Assembly: GCA_965203295.1 (NCBI GenBank)
Contig: CBDBCZ010000013.1
Location: 672,001-736,000 of the forward strand
Length of the DNA: 64,000 nucleotides
Source of the DNA: Nitrospirales bacterium
GTDB lineage: Bacteria; Nitrospirota; Nitrospiria; Nitrospirales; UBA8639
Direction of reading: 5' to 3'
Shown: in pieces, positions 1 to 10,280 of the stretch
Layout of the letters: each line of letters opens with the position of its first letter
How positions within the stretch are numbered: position 1 is the first letter of the stretch
Position numbers and translations under genes: made by a program
Notes under the pieces: generated by a model
Database searches by the model: none
What the model was told of the DNA's origin: nothing
Seen by the model: the letters and a program-made list of their open reading frames with translations, nothing else

Positions 1-2257
1 TGCCCGACGGAAGGCCTTATACCTTGGACACATAATATCAGAGCGAGGAATTGAAGTGGACCCAGACAAAGTTGAGAAAGTGAGAGAGTATCCTACACCA
101 GGAAATCTGAAGACACTCCAACAATTTTTGGGATTAGCCTCGTATTATCGTCGGTTTATCACAAACTTTTCCAAAATTGCTAACCCTTTACACTGTCTCA
201 CCCGAAAGGATGCACCTTTCATCTGGTCTGACTCCTGTCAGGAGTCGTTCGATACGCTGAAGCAGATGTTGACCTCCGCCCCAGTGCTAGCCTATCCCAA
301 CTTCCAGCAACCGTTCATTCTAGAGACTGATGCATCAGGATTTGGACTCGGTGCTGTCCTGGCGCAGAAACAAGAGGATGGCTCCATGCATCCAATCGCT
401 TATGCTAGTCGAGGGCTGCAGAAACATGAGCGAAACTACAGTATCAGTGAGCTGGAGGCCTTGGCCGTTGTATGGGCAACCAAGCACTTTCACGTGTATC
501 TCTACGGCCACCACTGTACCGTGTTTACTGACCACAGTGCACTGAAGTCTCTGCTGAATACGCCTCACCCATCTGGAAAATTGGCACGTTGGGGCTTAGC
601 CTTACAGGAACTTGATTTGGATATCCAATACCGCTCCGGAAAGACAAACGGAAATGCAGACGTGCTTTCCCGATTGCCTGTACTGGATCAACCTGCTGCT
701 GAGATTAATCACAAAGCCATACCTCCACCAGGGGAGCATACCACTACTGAGCCTGACCCCAAAGCTCCAAATCACCTGATGGCTAAGCTGGAAGCAGAGC
801 CAGTGACTGAAGAAGCAGAAGCACCAACTGATGAATGGCAGAAATTACAACGAGAAGATGATGAATATCATTCAATCATTGCATACCTCGAAAGTAATGC
901 TCTACCCACTGATGCCAAGTTGTCAAGGAAACTTGTGTTAACCACATCACATTTCTCCCTCCTGGATGGTGTCCTTTACCATGTCCAGACAGATGGCTCC
1001 TTAATGTTAGCTGTCCCAGAAGCACTCCGCTACAAACTGTTCAAAGAAGCCCATGGAGGAGTATTCTCTGGACACCTGCGAGAAGCTAAAATATACAGCC
1101 AGCTGAGGAAACATTACTGGTGGCCAGGAATGCGCTCAGATGTTAGGAAATGGTGCAAAGCATGTCTAGTGTGTGCAACACGCCAAATAGGACATGCTAC
1201 AAAACTCCCTCTTTGTCCAATTCCTGTGACAGGACCTTTTGACTGTGTTGGTGTGGATGTCCTGCAACTACCACGCACCCTCAAAGGCAACCAGTATGCG
1301 GTGGTGTTTGTAGATTATCTCACTAAATGGCCTGAAGTGTTTCCTACACCTGACCAAACTGCAGAGACAATCGCCAACCTGTTTGTTAGAGAGATCATCA
1401 GTCGCCATGGTGTTCCTGCCAAACTACTGTCTGATAGAGGCACCAATTTTCTGTCTGAATTGATGCTGGAGATATGCAAGCTAATGGGAACAGAAAAAGT
1501 CAATACTTCATCTTACCACCCACAAACAGACGGACTTGTTGAAAGATTTAACAGGACACTAACCTCAATGTTGGCTAAGACAGTCGAAAAAGACGAACGG
1601 AACTGGGACCACAGACTCCCCTATGTCCTGTTTGCTTACAGGACAAGCTTACAGGAGTCCACTCGAGAATCACCCTTTCACTTGCTGTATGGACGTGATG
1701 CCAGACTACCCACTGAAGCTGCATTGAGTCATCCTCGTACATGTTATCAAGTAGACCTTGAGGACTACAGGGCTGATCTGGTGGCAAACCTGTCAGATGC
1801 CTGGGGACTAGCTCGACAGAATGTCCAGCGGGCTCAAAAGCGGCAAAAATACCAACATGACCGTCAGGCCAGGAGTCACAAGTATCAAGTTGGTGACCGA
1901 GTGTTCATCTACCAACCTAGTGCGGTCCAGGGAAAGACCAGAAAGTTTGCTCGACCATTCCATGGACCTTATCGAATACTGGAATTGACACCCACTAATG
2001 CCAGCGTCCGTCCAGTTGATAAACCTGGAGAAGCTCCCATCTTCGTCTCTCTTGATAGAGTTCGTGACTGTCCACACGAAATTCCTGACCAGTCCTGGTT
2101 GGGCACTGCCAAAAGAAAGCCCCGGGCCAAGCGAAAACGACAACAAGCTAAGGAATCTCAGCTACCAGCTACGACTTCACCAGAAGTGGAAACACAAGCA
2201 GCTTGGTCTGGTCGACTTCGTCCGAGGGCGTCCGAAAAGCAGCCCAGGGAGATGTAA
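1..2257 (+). CDS. pol: Ty3/Gypsy LTR retrotransposon Pol, 5'-truncated by the window edge (RT C-terminus, RNase H, integrase)
   Basis: ORF 56..2257 contains the RT thumb (FLGLASYYRRFI), RNase H (ETDASG, ELEALAVVW, TDH), integrase Zn finger (AH..GH..CKAC), DDE core (SDRG, VERFN) and a GPY/F motif (FHGPY). The RT-RH-IN order is Gypsy-type. Confidence 0.97.
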   Translation, partial: ARRKALYLGHIISERGIEVDPDKVEKVREYPTPGNLKTLQQFLGLASYYRRFITNFSKIANPLHCLTRKDAPFIWSDSCQESFDTLKQMLTSAPVLAYPNFQQPFILETDASGFGLGAVLAQKQEDGSMHPIAYASRGLQKHERNYSISELEALAVVWATKHFHVYLYGHHCTVFTDHSALKSLLNTPHPSGKLARWGLALQELDLDIQYRSGKTNGNADVLSRLPVLDQPAAEINHKAIPPPGEHTTTEPDPKAPNHLMAKLEAEPVTEEAEAPTDEWQKLQREDDEYHSIIAYLESNALPTDAKLSRKLVLTTSHFSLLDGVLYHVQTDGSLMLAVPEALRYKLFKEAHGGVFSGHLREAKIYSQLRKHYWWPGMRSDVRKWCKACLVCATRQIGHATKLPLCPIPVTGPFDCVGVDVLQLPRTLKGNQYAVVFVDYLTKWPEVFPTPDQTAETIANLFVREIISRHGVPAKLLSDRGTNFLSELMLEICKLMGTEKVNTSSYHPQTDGLVERFNRTLTSMLAKTVEKDERNWDHRLPYVLFAYRTSLQESTRESPFHLLYGRDARLPTEAALSHPRTCYQVDLEDYRADLVANLSDAWGLARQNVQRAQKRQKYQHDRQARSHKYQVGDRVFIYQPSAVQGKTRKFARPFHGPYRILELTPTNASVRPVDKPGEAPIFVSLDRVRDCPHEIPDQSWLGTAKRKPRAKRKRQQAKESQLPATTSPEVETQAAWSGRLRPRASEKQPREM

Positions 2258-2468
2258 TGGACATAACTGACCATTCTTATACCTTACAATGATTGACCAT
2301 TCAACTGACAATGCACTTGTACTAGACTGTCCTCTGGTTGTGTCTACCTGTATGCACCTGCAAAATATGACTATAAATACCGACTGTATTTCATGATATT
2401 GATGATCCTCGCTGAGTTGCTATACGAAGTGCTGCCGTGGCGCGGGATGGTGCGCAGAGTCCTTTACA
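2253..2468 (+). mobile_element. Probable 3' LTR of the Gypsy element (216 bp)
   Basis: Starts TGTAATGGAC right after the purine run AGGGAGA (PPT) and ends GTCCTTTACA, a 9/10 inverted match to the start. Contains TATAAATA near 2372. The 5' LTR is outside the window, so it cannot be compared. Confidence 0.75.
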
Positions 2469-2762
2469 GATTAAATATCTGCAAACAAGCAAGTTGTATG
2501 TGTGTGAAGTATAATGCAGCAATCACATGTTTGATAAGGGTGCATTGTATAGGACAGATTACCATTTGTAGTGGATGAGATCAAAATCACTTAGTAGAAC
2601 TATAGTTGTACCATACCTAGCTCAAACTGACCAATGAGCTTACAGTATTCGAGGGAAATAATGGGTCATATTTCCCGCCGACGGATCAAAGAAACCATGG
2701 TCGTGGACTTGCCTGCTACCTTTGGACCTTTACCAGTCTTCGTATAGGCATGGTACAAGCCA

Positions 2763-2917
2763 GATATTACCCTGGCACTTGGGAAATATGACCGGTTGCT
2801 TCCCTTGAGAAAAGTTATTGCCTTCAAAGTGTCCTCGATCTCCACCCTCGGACACTCCTCAGACAATAACTTTTTCCCGCAGGAAATAACGGGTCATATT
2901 CATGCAAGGGTAATATC
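2763..2917. repeat. Imperfect ~155-bp palindrome (hairpin-type repeat)
   Basis: Nested arm pairs GATATTACCCT/AGGGTAATATC, AATATGACC/GGTCATATT, GAAAAGTTATTG/CAATAACTTTTT and AGTGTCC/GGACACT. A partial extra arm lies at ~2653-2677. Confidence 0.8.
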
Positions 2918-3718
2918 CTATACTTATACATGTAGAATATATGAAGAGAGCGGTGAAAAGAACACCTGTGATACATACACAGTTGTAAGCACAAAACTAG
3001 AATGTGAGATGGACTATATTGTAGTTTGGTAATTAAGGTGGACTCAGCAGAGGGAAAGAAGGGCTGCATGTGATATATTGTGTATCGTTCGTGAGATGAA
3101 TTATTGTAGTCTTGAAGTGAACAGACAGGAAGACAGGCAGTTGCATAAGATATACAAATCAATGGGGCACTACAGAAAAGAAACAATAACATATAATACG
3201 ACAAACACACAGTCCCAGATATATATGCATGCACTATACATTAAATTTGTATGGTTGCGTTTACTGTGTATCATCTTTACTATTATGTTAACTTTATATC
3301 GTCAATATTGTAGTGTATGTCTTGCAAGTAATCATAAGTGGCATCAGTGTCATTCTCAGTGGCCCAGGGTGTTAATGGTACTGCAAGCAGGGATCAGACT
3401 CCTCAATGTACTCACTTTTCTTTGCTTTCATTCTCTTCTCTTCTTCCATTCTCTTCACTTTCATTCTCTTTTTCGCATTCAGCTTCCTCACGTTCATTAA
3501 AATCCGGTATTACGTCCTGTTTGAGGGAAATTTGACGGCTGTGAGTTAAATGAATTCCATTCCAGGAATTTTTTTAATTTAGCACAAACAAAACTGAAAT
3601 TAATTTATTAGCTTGTGTAATATCAGAAAGAAAGTGTTTCAACTTCAGTGAAGAGAAGAACTATGTGAGACTATCACTCTTGGTGTGACTAGTGCAAGAA
3701 CAAAACCTCAACGGAGAA

Positions 3719-6700
3719 ATGATCCTGTTCACATTTGTACAGCTGGCCTTATTGTTCCCTGGACTGTATGTCGGTAAGCCAACCTTTTTCGGTTTGATGT
3801 CTGCATGTGTTAGCCACTAGTAGCTATGGCATAAATGTAGTAGCTGGATTAATTACCTAGCTGCTTGTGCCCGTAATTAGGAGTCTAAGAAGCAAACCCA
3901 TAAATTATGTTGGCTGTGATCAATGCTTTTCAGAATAACAAGCTTTAGTTATAAGCTCACTAACATGTACATGTGTAACTACTGAGGTAAGCCATTATAG
4001 CTAACTGGATTTGGTTTATGGCACAACTATATGGCAGGTATTGTCCCAGCTGGCCTTGATGTATGTGCATTACATTCATGGCATGCATATGTCCTATAGT
4101 GTGTGTACTCAGATATTACTGTGTCCATTTTGACTAGTACCAACTAAGCTACATGTACATACAGATTGTTTCATGAAGGTTCAATTCCTATTTTGTAGGT
4201 ATGTTGTGCTGGTATTTTTCTTTGTACATTAATTTAGCGGCAGATGCAGAAGTCAAACTCTTCAGAGGGAGAAGTTTATCACAGCTGCTTGTTCCAGATC
4301 ATGGCTTTGTACGTCACGCCCAAATTGATGACTTTTACCGTGATATGCCGAGAGATATCCTCCTGGTTGGCATCACTTCCTTCACTAGTTGCTGCTCTCG
4401 TAATTACACTACTGATGGAAAGGAAATCGGGTGGTGGTTCTACCCTAATGGGACAGAAGTTCCTAAAATTCAAAATAACACAGTTGTATGGGATTTTTTT
4501 ACCAGCCGATATAAGAAAAGAGTTTTCCTCTATCGGAGAAAAGGAGGTGCTAATGGCATTCATCGCCTTGACATACCCGTATTAGCAGCTGAAAATGAGA
4601 CACTCTATGTGGGTCTGTACCCCAGTGCAGGTAAGTACGTACAAGATTGATGCAGCTGAAGTATAGCTACATGTATGAGGATAAGGTGACATTTATACTG
4701 AAAATGAGACACTCTATGTGGGTCTGTACCCCAGTGCAGGTAGGTAGCTATGTACAAGATTGATGCAGCTGAAGTATATAGCTACATGTATGAGGATACG
4801 ATGACATTTACACTCTCAATACAGTACTAGTTTTGCAAAGCATCTTACACTTTGGGGCTAGTGTTGTTCCTAGAAAGACAGAATGCTTGGGACTGAGCAC
4901 AGTACTCATATTTTCTTGCTAAAGCAAGGCTAGCACTCATTGCACTTTAGAGTCTTCATGCAGTCATAAACTTATTTCCTTGTAGATTCAGGCAATCCCA
5001 GCATAACTTCAATGCAGTTTACTCTAGCAACAGAGTACACTGTCAGTGAGACACTAGAGTTCAATGTGACCTGCAATTCTGTGGGTGGGCCTGCCACAAC
5101 GGTCACCTGGACAAGAGATGGAGACGCTGTGTCTGGAGGTAACTTCACTGCCACTCGGAGACTGGACGATCCGGTAACAGCTGCCTACAACCTCACACTG
5201 AGTGTTACCGGGAGACAAGGAGGTGTGTACAGGTGCCAGGTGGCCAAGCGTGGTCCAGGTGTGTCAGGTAATCCAGTGATCAGCAGTATGGAGCTCGAAG
5301 TGAAAGGTAAACAAATTTCCTATTCTTGTAATCCACTACTGTAATTGTCAACATTATATGTGAGAGTTACGACTGGGTGACTATCTTTCAGTTGCCAGTC
5401 CGCCAACTGACTTCACTGCTGAGCAAGTAAATGAAACAACAGTTAGAATCTCATGGACACCACCAGCCTCCAAAGAGTCTGTTACTGGCTATCGGATATA
5501 CTACATGGCGACTGACAGCCAGGGTGCCAGGGGTGAATATGTGACCATGAACGTGAATGCATCAGAAACAAGTTGCAAGTTAATCCATGATCTTCAGGCG
5601 GGCCTCAATTACTCCTTCACCATGGTGGCCCTCTCTGAATACCTTCCAAGTGAGATGGTTGGTCCTATCCCTTTAATTATCAAAGCTGTTCCTGGTAAGT
5701 TATAAGTTCTTAGTTTGGTATATTGGTATATATGCAATAAACATTGTACATATCATTTTCCATATAGCTATTCCCATGGTGATAACAATGAAAGTAACTA
5801 CATCATCAGTTTGGTTACAATGGCTTCAACAGAGTGGTGTAAACGATGTCACTCAACCTGATAGCCTAGAAATAGCGTTTCAGTACACTTTGGGGTCTCT
5901 GCACAATAGATTCTGCAGGGACTATCAATACAGTGGCAACGTTACCCTCGCTAATGGCAGTACACACCAATATAACATTACTGATCTACAAGAAGACAGC
6001 GTCTATAACATCACAATCGTGGCAGAAAATGCGGCCGGCAAGTCTGCCCCCAGTGAAGTTGTGATAACCACACTTCAAGCAGGTATGGTAATATATCTTG
6101 GCAGCTGCAGATGTTCCATTCTTTCCTTTTGATCTTCTTTGCATGCAGCTCCATCTGGTACACCTCAAGAAGTAAGAAGAGTTGCTACCACTTCAACCAA
6201 AATCACCATTCAGTGGAGAGAACTTCCTTGCATTGATCGAAATGGTGACATCATGGGCTACACAGTGCGCTATTATAGCATTTCTGGCTGTAATAACACA
6301 ATTCTACACAATGACTCTGATATGCTGGAAGCCACCCTAGTTGACTTGACCCCGTTTACTAACTACTCCATTGAAGTTGCAACAGTCAATGTAATTGGTA
6401 CCGGACCATTCAGCACACCTGTCTACTTGAGAACACATGGTGATAGTAAGTGGATTGATCATTAAGTTAATTTATACCCATGCAATAACATACACGATAA
6501 TCATAATCTAAGATGTTTCGTAACAAAATCATAGAAGGTAACTATATACAGTATAGAATATGGCTACAGTACCGAAAGTACTTGTATAGTGTATTGGTTT
6601 TGATTACCAGGTGTTAATGTCCTCCTTGCCACTTTGGTGTCCGAGTCTTTGTCTGTATCCTGGTTTCTTTGTGCTTGAATCGTGTCTTTTTATTTTCCCT

Positions 6701-8022
6701 TGTGTATGTTTCCATATAATTATGTATGTCCCAGTGTGTACATTCACGGTCATCAGTACAATTATATCTTGGACTACCTGCTCAACCTTCCAATGATAGT
6801 TTGTAGCACTGGTCACTTGTATGTTATTGTAGCACTATTATAGCTATAGGGGCTCACGTAATGCTTATTCTATACACCTTACAGTATACTATAGCTAGTT
6901 GGTCCACCTGACCAGGCTACAGCCTACCTGGCGCAGCACCCCAAGATACTACATAACAGCTAAGTTATTACAGTACTGGCCCAGGTAATATACTTTTTCC
7001 TTTTGATCTTTCCAGCTCCATCTGGTACACCTCAAGAAGTAACAATAGTTGAGTCAACTTCAACCAAAATCACACTTCAGTGGAGAGAAGTTCCTTGCAT
7101 TGAGCAAAATGGTGACATCATAGGCTATACTGTGCGTTATAGCACTTCTGGCAGCAATATAACTCTCCGCAATTACTTTGATACAGTAGCCACTCTTGTT
7201 GACTTGAGCCCATTTACTAACTACTCCATTGGAGTTACAGCAGTCAATGTAAATGGTACGGGACCATTCAGCACACCTGTGTACTTGAGAACAGATCGTG
7301 ATAGTAAGTGGATGTATACACATATGTATTTACAATTTAGTCTACTAATCTGGCTTTTGAAATCACACTTACATGCTTTGACCATGCATGTGGGATCACA
7401 AAAAGTGATACTTTAAAACGTGATAGGGGTTTGAGTGTTTTAATCATGCTGAATGTGTACACACCACTGACGTTGCAGCACTCAGTATAAAAGGTATGGG
7501 ACTATTCACCACACCTGTCTACATGAGAACATGAGGTGATAATAAATGGGTTAATCGAGATCATCTAGCTACTCTTGAAACTGTTTTGAATTCATGTGGA
7601 GGTTCACTCATAATTTTGCACGTATGACCTGTTACTACTTTTTTTTACAGAACCACCTGTGGACAGTACTCCTATAATCATTGGTGCAGTGCTCAGTGTT
7701 ATTGCAGCTGCTATAATCATCTTGATACTCACTATAGTAGGTATTGCTAAATGTCGAGCTCCTAAGGTGACATCACCACAAGAAGATGTTAGGTAAGACG
7801 AGAGTTATGAAGTGCAGCAATGGAATGCTTATATAGTTCTATGATTTCTCCTCCAGAGATACTGCTGCTAAGACTGAGTGCGTGGCCCTTGAAAGTGCTA
7901 AATCTGAGAATTTGCAAGCCTGTGATTTTGAAGTGCCAATGAAGCAATGTATTGCTTATGGTATCATGCGTGATCCGGAAAGCTATGTAAACCCTGAACA
8001 TGTGTATACATCTGTTTCTTAA
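3719..8022 (+). CDS. Type-I membrane receptor, copy A (~757 aa): signal peptide, N-terminal Ig-like domain, Ig domain, 4 FN3, TM, Tyr-motif cytoplasmic tail
   Basis: Exons 3719-3773, 4244-4630, 4986-5306, 5392-5694, 5768-6082, 6149-6445, 7016-7303, 7651-7792 and 7857-8022 have GT/AG boundaries and consistent phases (2274 nt). Signal MILFTFVQLALLFPGLYV; Ig C..W..YRC; FN3 W..Y..LxPxTxY; TM IIIGAVLSVIAAAIIILILTIVGIA. Confidence 0.88.
4590..4810 (+). repeat. ~110-bp tandem duplication of the 3' end of exon 2 and its splice donor
   Basis: CTGAAAATGAGACACTCTATGTGGGTCTGTACCCCAGTGCAGGTA occurs twice (donors at 4631 and ~4740), each followed by matching intron sequence. Confidence 0.9.
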
Positions 8023-8814
8023 AGAAAACTGTCAGCATCTTGTGATCTTTTTTTTTGTTTGTTTTCTTATTGCTAGTATCATGCACGTTAGTATGTAGTA
8101 CAATCAGTATTGAAGTAATAAGGCATGACATTGTACATGTATGTAAAAATTTAGCTGTGAGGGTAAAGTGCGCAATGAATTATTCTGGTATGTACAGGAC
8201 AGCTACATGTACTTGACACGAACCTATTACCTGCTATATAGCAATCGTCTATGATAATCAGTGGCCACTGGCTCAATAGCCATCATGATGCTCTGGCAAA
8301 ACAAGCATGGATTTCATAGCATATACTTGCTCTCGGCTAAAATTACTTGGTAAGTGCTTGAATACAGTCATTTTATAGAAAGGTGACCATTTGTTCATTA
8401 CAGCTTTTGGAGTTTTTGCAGCAGTTGAAGTTTTAACTACAGCTTTTACCTGGTGAGTAGTACCATAATCAGCAGCAGTGTATACATACAGTAATAAAAT
8501 AATTGTGCGAACCAAAGAGCTTAGGTTATAGACAGTCTATTGGACCACGTTATCTAATCAGAAATGCATGAGTTTATCCATTTACGCAATGAACATAAAG
8601 CTATCAGTTCTGTGTAGCTATGAAAATATCCATGTTATTGCAGTATGTATAACATCTTCCTTAATATTTGTTTTTCATTGGCTCAATTTTTGTGATGGGA
8701 AAAGCTTCTGTATGAGATTATGGACTCTTGATGATCCTAAGGCTAGTACAAGAAATAACAACTGTTTTTCTTGCTGCACTTTAATTGGTAATGCATAATT
8801 AGCAATATTTTACT

Positions 8815-9725
8815 AAATCTCTGGCTTGTGTATGACTAGAAACGAATCACTGATTCTGGCCGCAGGTGCTCGGATGGTAGTCAGTGGACCAGGCGTCAAT
8901 GGATGGCAGAGTATCCCAGACCATGCCTTTGTTCGCCACAACCAGATTGCCAACGATGAAAATAGAATGTACGTGGCATGTTCTGCATATACTGGGCCAT
9001 GGTTCTTCCCAAATGGGACTGAAGTTCTTATAGAGGCGTGAGAAGTGGCTTCTGATGTGGAATCCATATGAAAACATTATTTCGGAAAGAAGGAGACACT
9101 TTATCACTGTGAAGATCGCAACACCGCTGGTCTGTATAATACCGGTAATGAAAATAAGGCAAGCAATTGCAAGACATACTGCCTGTGCCAATTATGAGTT
9201 AGCTTGGTGACTGATACTGGTAGCTAATACTGGATGATATAAATTGTCTACGTGACACATATATAAGTTCACTAAAATTCTTTATTGAGTTGACCTGTAT
9301 ACATAGGTACTGTACCTGTGTTGTGAAGCTTTGGTGAGGATTCTGTGTATCTTCAGCGTGGGCCGTATAGTGTATATGCATGTAGTTATGCTTGCACAAG
9401 CATAGTAAAAACACATAAACAGCCCTGGTATCAAACCCCCTCTATAGAACCATCCCTGTAACATGCGAGAGATATGACTAAACGACTATCCTGTAGCTAC
9501 TAATCCCCCCACTGACTTCCTTACTAGGCAAGTAACTGAAACAACAGTCAGAATCTCATGAACACCACCAGCCTCCAAAGAATCTGTTACTGGCTATCAC
9601 ATATACTACATGGCAGTGGAGAGCCAGGGTACCAGGGGTGAATTTATGACTGCACCATAAACAAATCAGAAAATTAATGCATGCCCTTCAGCCCGGTATG
9701 TACTCCTTCACCATAGTGGCCCTGC
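8815..9725 (+). pseudogene. Relic third copy of the Ig/FN3 receptor (N-terminal domain exon and first FN3 exon)
   Basis: 8815-9035 is nearly identical to 10475-10690 and then degenerates with a stop and indels. 9503-9725 is a decayed FN3 exon with TGA in place of TGG. The Ig exon is missing. Confidence 0.85.
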
Positions 9726-10280
9726 ATATTTAATATATAGAGGTAATGGCAACAGTTAATTTAAAAGACGTAGCCACAGCTTTTGCCTGAACCATATAGA
9801 GTCAGCAGCAGTGCACACAATAACAATACTAATTGAGAAGTCTACTTACTAGTAGTGGACATTATATCATAATGATTTTCACTCCACCTATCACCCCCAT
9901 GCATCCATTAACATGACTCCATGTAGGAACTGTACCGACCAATGCACTCTATAGCTGATGCCCATCATTGGAGGTTGAACAAGCTGCTATAATAATGCAT
10001 ACTTGTTGGTAGAGTAAGTATACATGTACTCACATAATATAATCCATTGTACAACTTCACTGGTCAATATTCTGACTAAAGATCTCAGCTCATAGCCGGT
10101 TACGTTATCTAAACAAAGCTATCAGTATGAAAACATCCATGTTATTGCAACACATAAAACATATCAGCCCTTAGAATCTACTTAGTATAGCTATAGCGTT
10201 TCCACTTCAGTGAAGAGAATAGCTATTTGAGATAATCAACTCTTGGTGTGACTACTGCAAGAATCAAACCTCACTGAGAA

